DNA of 64,000 nucleotides from an uncultured Candidatus Saccharibacteria bacterium (GTDB lineage Bacteria > Patescibacteriota > Minisyncoccia > Phycocordibacterales > DAORIS01). Under the pieces are notes generated by a model. That model made no database searches and was not told the DNA's origin. It saw nothing but the letters and a program-made list of their open reading frames with translations. This document shows, piece by piece, positions 57,411 through 64,000 of this stretch (position 1 is the first letter of the stretch; every line of letters begins with the position of its first letter). The stretch lies in contig CAZXUH010000001.1 in the NCBI GenBank assembly GCA_964644035.1, positions 3,712 to 67,711 on the forward strand, written 5' to 3'. The translations under genes and the position numbers were made by a program.

Positions 57411-59186
57411 TTATTTCTTCTCTGAAATTTGTTTCTGGAGTAATTCTACAATCTTTTCTACAGACGAAGGTTCTGATTTTGTACCATCTCGGTATTCAAT
57501 AGTATAGAGGCCGCTTTCGCTTTCTTTATTTCCAACAACCACCCAGCATGCAATACGCTCAACTTTTGTCTGACGTATTTTTTTACCTAGGCTTTCATTG
57601 CTTGAATCTGTCTGTGCTCTAATACCTACAGTTTTGAGTGCAGTCGTGACTTCATTGGCTTTGTCAGCTTGAGCGTCTGAAACTGGAATGACTGCTGTTT
57701 GAACGGGTGAAAGCCAGAGAGGGAAATTGCCACCATAGTGTTCGATAATAATACCCATAAATCTCTCAAGAGAACCTGAAATCGCACGGTGTATAACAAC
57801 AGGTCTTTCTTTCTCACCTTTTTCATTGACGAAACTAAGATCAAATCGTTCAGGAAGGTTGAAGTCGCACTGTATCGTTGCGAGCTGCCATTCGCGACCA
57901 ATAGAATCCTTGAACATAAAGTCGAGCTTCGGTCCGTAAAATGCTGCTTCACCTTCTACACGTTTGTAGTTGAGTTTGTTGCTGATTGCTGCATCCTCAA
58001 GTGCTTTCTCGGCTTTATTCCAGACATCATCACTACCAAGATAGACCGACTTGTCTTCACCGCGCACTGAGAGGCGCACCCAATAGTCGGCCATGAGGTT
58101 GAAACTTTCATAAAAGGTTTTAATGACCTCTACTATTGTCGATACTTCTTGATTGATCTGATCAACGCGGCAGAAAAGATGACCATCGTCTTGAGTGATA
58201 GAACGTACGCGAGTCAATCCTGCGAGCTGACCGGTCTTTTCATCTCTATATACAGTAGCTGGTTCAAAATAGCGCACCGGCATGTCTCTGTATGAAAATT
58301 GATTGTCAGCAAATATCTGCATGTGGTGAGGGCAGTTCATGGGCTTCAAGATAAACTGCTCGTCTTTGCCAGAAACTCTAAAGAGCTCGTCGCCAAACTT
58401 GGCTGCATGGCCAGAGGTAACATACAAGTCTTCTTTACCAATATGGGGCGTCCATACTCTTTCGTAGCCTCTATTTTTATGTAAATCCCACAAATAGTCC
58501 TCAATAGCTTTTCTAATAATCATTCCTCGAGGCTGCATGAGAGGAAGTCCTGAACCGACAAGAGGTGAGAGACTGAAGAGTTTGAGTTCTTTGCCGAGTT
58601 TGCGATGATCTCGCTTCTTGGCTTCTTCTTGCATGAAAACGTATTTATCAAGAGCCTCTTTTGATTCAAATGCCAAACCATATATACGGGTGAGCATTTT
58701 TTTACTTTCATCACCACGCCAATACGCACCGGCAATTCTTTCAAGTCTAAATGAATCGGCATCGATATCTTTCATCGACTGCGCATGTCCACCGCGACAG
58801 AGATCGGTAAATGAATTCTTTCCTTCGCCAGATTCATAGAGAGTTATTTTCTCGCCCTTGGCAGTAATTTCGTCGATAAGTTCGAGTTTGTATGGATTGT
58901 CGGCAAAAAGCGCTCGAGCTGTTTTTTCATCGACATCTTTTTTCTTAAAAGTATCCCAATGGGGAAGTATGTCCTTCATCTTCTTCTCTATATGTGCAAG
59001 ATCAGCCTCAGTGACAGGTTTTATGAATTCGAAGTCATAGTAGAAGCCATTGTCTACTGCTGGGCCAATAGTATTGAGCGTATCTGGGTAGAGCTCGAGG
59101 ACGGCTGCGGCGAGAAGGTGGGCGAGAGAGTGTCTTTGATGTTCGAGCACCGAAGCGTCGGCCTCTGTAGGGTGAGTTGATTTCAT
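57411..59186 (-). CDS. thrS: Threonine--tRNA ligase (lacks the N-terminal TGS domain)
   Basis: It begins at the editing-domain HxxxH region (HSLAHLLAAAV), followed by class II core motifs and an anticodon-binding domain. It is 591 aa. Confidence 0.9.
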   Translation of the reverse strand: MKSTHPTEADASVLEHQRHSLAHLLAAAVLELYPDTLNTIGPAVDNGFYYDFEFIKPVTEADLAHIEKKMKDILPHWDTFKKKDVDEKTARALFADNPYKLELIDEITAKGEKITLYESGEGKNSFTDLCRGGHAQSMKDIDADSFRLERIAGAYWRGDESKKMLTRIYGLAFESKEALDKYVFMQEEAKKRDHRKLGKELKLFSLSPLVGSGLPLMQPRGMIIRKAIEDYLWDLHKNRGYERVWTPHIGKEDLYVTSGHAAKFGDELFRVSGKDEQFILKPMNCPHHMQIFADNQFSYRDMPVRYFEPATVYRDEKTGQLAGLTRVRSITQDDGHLFCRVDQINQEVSTIVEVIKTFYESFNLMADYWVRLSVRGEDKSVYLGSDDVWNKAEKALEDAAISNKLNYKRVEGEAAFYGPKLDFMFKDSIGREWQLATIQCDFNLPERFDLSFVNEKGEKERPVVIHRAISGSLERFMGIIIEHYGGNFPLWLSPVQTAVIPVSDAQADKANEVTTALKTVGIRAQTDSSNESLGKKIRQTKVERIACWVVVGNKESESGLYTIEYRDGTKSEPSSVEKIVELLQKQISEKK

Positions 59187-59279
59187 GAATACAATCCTAG
59201 CAGTTTAGGGCTTTATAGAGAAGAGGATTGACTAAATTGATAAATTACATTATAGTATTATTTAGAACCTTAACATTTA

Positions 59280-59564
59280 ATGGGAGGAATTATGCTCAAG
59301 TTGGAGTGTAAGCCAATCGTTCTTGCTCGGTTTTTTTTCTCACTGACCCGTGTTGATGTGAGGAGCGAAATCATTGATTTTGTTGCTGACAACGAACCAA
59401 CAACAAGAAAGGAAATTTTCAGTTATCTATTCAGTCTCAATGTCTCGGATCGAGACGCCACATCCGCATTTCTTGATCTGATCGATGATCCGATCGAGGA
59501 AGACAGGCTGCTGCGTTTTACTGAGAAAAATTTTGTTGTTCTTCGAGACAGTGAGTACGATTAG
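59280..59564 (+). CDS. Hypothetical protein (94 aa)
   Basis: The ORF has an acidic C-terminus and no motif. Confidence 0.35.
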   Translation: MGGIMLKLECKPIVLARFFFSLTRVDVRSEIIDFVADNEPTTRKEIFSYLFSLNVSDRDATSAFLDLIDDPIEEDRLLRFTEKNFVVLRDSEYD

Positions 59565-59600
59565 TATGACGACACGAACACCGTTCCTGACAAAGGGAGG

Positions 59601-59984
59601 GTGTTTTTTTTATTAAATCTTCAGCTTTCCTTCATACCCTTTGTGCAATACTCCAAGCATATTAATAATTTTAAAAATATGGAGGAACAATTCAATAAGT
59701 TGTATTTGTTTTTAGGAGAAAAGTTTGGACATATCGAAAAGAGATTCGAGGGTATGGATCTAAGAATAGACAGTCTTGATGATAAATTTGATAGAGAATT
59801 TAGAGTTGTGCATGACGAAATTAATATTATAAATAATAGAATTGGCGAATTAGATTTAAAATTTAGTAGGGAATTTGAAGACACTCAATACATTCTCGAA
59901 ACTATCATGGATAATGCCGCTACAAAGGAAGATATGTCATCAATGCGCTCATATTTAGGTATGGAAATGCTTGAAGTGTCGTGA
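59601..59984 (+). CDS. Hypothetical coiled-coil protein (127 aa), paralogous to the ORF at 4727
   Basis: Its motif EKRFEGMDLRIDSLDDKFDREF parallels NHRFDKVEERLDDLEEDV in the 4727 ORF. Confidence 0.4.
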   Translation: MFFLLNLQLSFIPFVQYSKHINNFKNMEEQFNKLYLFLGEKFGHIEKRFEGMDLRIDSLDDKFDREFRVVHDEINIINNRIGELDLKFSREFEDTQYILETIMDNAATKEDMSSMRSYLGMEMLEVS

Positions 59985-60019
59985 TTTTGATTGGTTAGGG
60001 TAGGTTGTGTATAAAATCC

Positions 60020-60047
60020 TTGACTTTAGAAAGATTTCATATATGAT
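60020..60047 (+). promoter_or_regulatory. Sigma70-like promoter (TTGACT-16-TATGAT) for rpoB, carrying the same 20-nt element as the murB promoter
   Basis: TTGACT lies at 60020-60025. The spacer TTAGAAAGATTTCATA is identical to the one at 29164-29180. Confidence 0.5.
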
Positions 60048-60149
60048 GGATGCTCTCTAGGGCACGAATGAGTTATGGCACGCTCCAAGGGGCATTTATA
60101 AGCAATATTATAGCTTGCGCTCAAACCTCATCTAACTTAACCTGAAAAA

Positions 60150-60190
60150 ACAAAAACCTTTGGCTGACCGAAGGCTTTCTTTTTTTGTGT
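60150..60190 (+). terminator. Intrinsic terminator or attenuator within the rpoB leader
   Basis: The sequence AAAAACCTTTGG-CTGA-CCGAAGG (a 7-bp stem with one G-U pair) is followed by CTTTCTTTTTTTG. It lies about 60 nt upstream of the rpoB ATG. Confidence 0.5.
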
Positions 60191-60247
60191 TGAGAAATGA
60201 GAAGATGCTCTTGCTGTTATAGACTGACGGTTAATTTTTTATACACA

Positions 60248-63200
60248 ATGTCTATTCATACTAATCCTCACTATGCGGGACGTGAGAAAAAGTATTTCGG
60301 CAAATACAAAAAGCCGATGATCGAGATGCCCAATCTCGTAGAAGCACAGACCGAGTCGTACAAGGCGCTCGTCGAAAAAGGTTTGGAGGAAGTCTTCAAG
60401 GAATTCTCTTCCATGAAGGACTATTCGGAAAAGAAATTTGAGCTCGACTTTGTCGGTTTGACACTTGGCGAACCTCAATACGACGAATTTTACGCAAAAG
60501 ACAACAAGCTTACGTACGAAGCTCCTCTCAAGATCATGACACGTTTCAAGAATAAGATTCTTGGCACAGTCAAAGAACAGGAAATCTTCATGGCTGATTT
60601 TCCTCTCATGACATCTCACGGTACGTTTATTATTTCCGGTATCGAACGAGTCATCGTCCCACAACTCGCACGATCATTTGGAGTATTCTTCACTGCCAAT
60701 GAAGCAAAAGGTAAAAAACTCTTCGGTGCCAAAGTCATTCCTTCACGTGGTGCTTGGATGGAGATCGAAACCGAACCCGACGGTGCCATCTTCATAAGAA
60801 TTGACAAGAAGCGCAAATTCCCCGCATCTGTGCTTCTTCGAGTACTTGGTGCTTCTAAAACAGAAGCTATCAAAGAGCTTTTCAAGGATCATGAACATGC
60901 AGCAAAGCAGATCTCAGCAACACTTGCAAAAGACCACACAGAAAATGCAAACGACGCCTATGTTGAGCTCTATAAGCGACTTCGCGACGGTGATCTAGCA
61001 ACAGTAGACAATGCCAAGGAATTCATCGGTTCTATCTTCAGCGAAGAACGTTATGACCTATCAAGGGTTGGACGTTTTCGTTTCAACAAGCGCTTCAAAA
61101 AAGGTATGGAAGAGAAGTCTCTCAATAGAAAAACACTCGATCTCGAAGACGTAGTAACGATTCTCACTCAGATCGCAGAACTCAACCATGTTCCAGAATC
61201 TCTCGAAGACGATATCGATCACCTTGGTAGCCGACGCGTACGATATGTCGGTGAAATGCTCCAGCAAAAAATTCGCGTCGGTCTTTCACAGATGAAGCGA
61301 AACATTCAGGATCGAATGTCGACAGCTGACACCGATATCACACTTCCTGTACAGCTTATTTCTCCAAAACCTCTTCAGGCTCGTATCAAGGAATTCTTCA
61401 CGACCAACCAACTTTCACAGTTCATGCAGCAGGAAAACATTCTTTCTGAGCTCGAACACTTGCGCACGCTTTCTGCTCTTGGTCCTGGAGGTCTTACACG
61501 TGAACGTGCAGGCTATGAAGTGCGCGACGTGCATCCATCTCACTATGGACGACTTTGCCCTATTCACACACCAGAAGGTCCAAACATTGGTCTTATCTTG
61601 CGTTTGTGCGGATATGCTCAACTCAATCATTTCGGAATGATTGAAACTCCATATGCAAAAGTAGTAAAGGGTAAGATCACAGGCGAAATCGTCTATCTCA
61701 ATGCTCTTGAAGAAGAAGGTTACAACATTGCCCATGCTGCAGTAGATTCTGATGACAGTGGCAAGATTTCACAGGATGTTATCGAAGTTCGATACGCCGG
61801 TGAGCCAAAAGAAGTGCCTCGAGACGAAGTACAATATATAGACATTGCGCCTCACCAAGCCTTTTCTATTGCGACGGCCATGATTCCATTCCTCAACCAC
61901 GATGATGCCAGCCGAGCATTGATGGGATCGAACATGCAGAAACAGGCTACACCTTGTATCGTGCCTGAAGCTCCGCTTGTTGCCACAGGTATTGAGCACA
62001 TGGCTGGCAAATACAGCGGCCGAGTGATCATTTCTGAAGAAGATGGTACCGTCACTGCTGCCGACGCTCGACATATTATTGTCAAAAACGGCAAGGGTAA
62101 GGAAAAAGAATACAAACTCATCAATTACTCACGAACCAACGGCTTCACTGCTTTCCACCAGCGCCCAATCGTTAATGTTGGCGATAAGGTTAAAAAGGGT
62201 GCAGTACTTGGCGACACCTCATCATCTGTCGATGGTCAGATTGCCATTGGTCAGAACATGCTTGTAGCGTTCATGACATGGCACGGTTCAAACTACGAAG
62301 ACGCTATTATTCTTTCTGAACGTGTCGTAAAGAACAGCAAATTTACTTCTATTCACATTGAAGAATTTGCAGTCAACGTGCGCGATACCAAACTTGGTCC
62401 AGAAGTCACCACTCCCGACATACCAAACGTTAGCGAACTCAAACTCAAGAACCTCGATGAAGAAGGTGTAGTACGAGTTGGTGCTGAAGTTCGACCAGGC
62501 GACATTCTTGTTGGTAAAATTACTCCAAAAGGCGAGACACAGCTTACTCCTGAAGAACGTCTCTTGCGGTCACTCTTCGGTGAAAAGGCTCGCGATGTCA
62601 AAGACACTTCTAAGCGTCTTGAAAATGGCAAACGAGGTCGCGTTATTTCAGTAAAAGTATTTTCACGAGAAAAAGGCGATCGTCTCGAATCAGGTATTAT
62701 CAAGCGCATTCATATTGAAGTGGCACAACTGCGAAATATTCAGGTTGGAGACAAGCTTGCTGGACGTCACGGTAACAAGGGTGTGATCTCAACAATTCTT
62801 AAAGAAGAAGATATGCCATATACAGCAGATGGCCGACCAGTCGACGTGATTCTCACACCACTTGGCGTGCCGAGCCGTATGAACCTCGGTCAGATTCTTG
62901 AAATGCACCTTGGTCTTGCTGCAAACACACTTGGTTATCAGGCTATTGTGCCACCTTTCTGTGGAGCAACTGACAGTGAAATCAAAACAGAATTGGTAAA
63001 GGCTGGCTATCCTGAAAGCGGAAAAGTAAAACTTCTCGATGGTCGCACCGGTATGGCATTTGATCAGGATATTGCTATCGGTTACATGTATATTCTCAAA
63101 CTTCACCACATGGTTGAAGACAAACTCCATATGCGTTCGATTGGTCCTTACTCTCTTATCACCCAGCAGCCGCTTGGAGGTAAGGCACAGCAGGGAGGTC

Positions 63201-63463
63201 AGCGATTTGGAGAAATGGAAGTGTGGGCACTTCTTGGCCACGGGGCTGCGCACAACTTGCGCGAGGTGCTCACGATTAAGTCGGACGATATTATCGGCCG
63301 ATCACAGGCATTTGATTCGATCGTCAAAGGCGAGCGCATCAAGACTCCAAATCTTCCAGCATCGTTCAACGTGCTTCTTGCAAACATGAAGGGTCTTGCA
63401 CTCGACATCGATTTGGAAACAAAAAGGTCGCCAGAACAGGATGAAGATCAGACCAATTCATAA
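60248..63463 (+). CDS. rpoB: DNA-directed RNA polymerase subunit beta
   Basis: Conserved RpoB blocks are present throughout (for example GSRRVRYVGEMLQ, the rifampicin-region FFTTNQLSQFMQQENILSELEHLRTLSALGPGGL, NMQKQA and GQRFGEMEVWAL). The start is set at the Met MSIHTNPHY. Confidence 0.95.
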   Translation: MSIHTNPHYAGREKKYFGKYKKPMIEMPNLVEAQTESYKALVEKGLEEVFKEFSSMKDYSEKKFELDFVGLTLGEPQYDEFYAKDNKLTYEAPLKIMTRFKNKILGTVKEQEIFMADFPLMTSHGTFIISGIERVIVPQLARSFGVFFTANEAKGKKLFGAKVIPSRGAWMEIETEPDGAIFIRIDKKRKFPASVLLRVLGASKTEAIKELFKDHEHAAKQISATLAKDHTENANDAYVELYKRLRDGDLATVDNAKEFIGSIFSEERYDLSRVGRFRFNKRFKKGMEEKSLNRKTLDLEDVVTILTQIAELNHVPESLEDDIDHLGSRRVRYVGEMLQQKIRVGLSQMKRNIQDRMSTADTDITLPVQLISPKPLQARIKEFFTTNQLSQFMQQENILSELEHLRTLSALGPGGLTRERAGYEVRDVHPSHYGRLCPIHTPEGPNIGLILRLCGYAQLNHFGMIETPYAKVVKGKITGEIVYLNALEEEGYNIAHAAVDSDDSGKISQDVIEVRYAGEPKEVPRDEVQYIDIAPHQAFSIATAMIPFLNHDDASRALMGSNMQKQATPCIVPEAPLVATGIEHMAGKYSGRVIISEEDGTVTAADARHIIVKNGKGKEKEYKLINYSRTNGFTAFHQRPIVNVGDKVKKGAVLGDTSSSVDGQIAIGQNMLVAFMTWHGSNYEDAIILSERVVKNSKFTSIHIEEFAVNVRDTKLGPEVTTPDIPNVSELKLKNLDEEGVVRVGAEVRPGDILVGKITPKGETQLTPEERLLRSLFGEKARDVKDTSKRLENGKRGRVISVKVFSREKGDRLESGIIKRIHIEVAQLRNIQVGDKLAGRHGNKGVISTILKEEDMPYTADGRPVDVILTPLGVPSRMNLGQILEMHLGLAANTLGYQAIVPPFCGATDSEIKTELVKAGYPESGKVKLLDGRTGMAFDQDIAIGYMYILKLHHMVEDKLHMRSIGPYSLITQQPLGGKAQQGGQRFGEMEVWALLGHGAAHNLREVLTIKSDDIIGRSQAFDSIVKGERIKTPNLPASFNVLLANMKGLALDIDLETKRSPEQDEDQTNS

Positions 63464-64000
<537 letters not shown>

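Overview
This window reads as a gene-dense chromosomal segment of about 40% GC that uses the standard genetic code, with long clean ORFs and no in-frame TGA. Gene content and style (reduced aminoacyl-tRNA synthetases, a soluble coupling-protein-like ATPase, sortase, many small hypotheticals) suggest a reduced-genome, Gram-positive-like bacterium, possibly from the Patescibacteria/CPR. That placement is inference, not shown by the sequence. The backbone is housekeeping: pyk (5' partial), radC-like, murD, murC, murB, secA, eno, gpmI, obg, gatB, pheS/pheT, gyrB, thrS-csrA, rpoB and rpoC (3' partial). A roughly 20 kb surface-glycan biosynthesis island (about 9.6 to 29.1 kb) is embedded in it. The island carries three paralogous GT11 alpha-1,2-fucosyltransferase-like genes, several GT2 genes, GT32 and GT-B transferases, a GDP-mannose-3,5-epimerase-like SDR, a DegT aminotransferase, an RmlC-like cupin and at least four methyltransferases. 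It also carries a Wzm/Wzt ABC exporter whose Wzt has a C-terminal extension, and an O-antigen-ligase-like protein with TPR repeats. Other notable items follow. (i) A secreted Gly/Asn/Ser-repeat beta-helix protein carries a phage tail-fibre-type C-terminal autoproteolytic chaperone domain with an SDLRLK Ser-Lys dyad, but sits in a non-prophage context. (ii) A sortase lies next to a large repeat-domain surface protein whose C-terminus has a VPYTG-TM-KKR sorting-signal-like segment. (iii) The leaders of murB and rpoB share an identical 20-nt promoter-embedded element, and each is followed by a structured leader ending in an intrinsic terminator. (iv) Two convergent gene pairs are separated by identical GC-rich terminator hairpins. 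(v) A processive QxxRW GT2 synthase is paired with a membrane-anchored thioredoxin-like protein. No rRNA, tRNA, CRISPR array or IS element was detected by eye.
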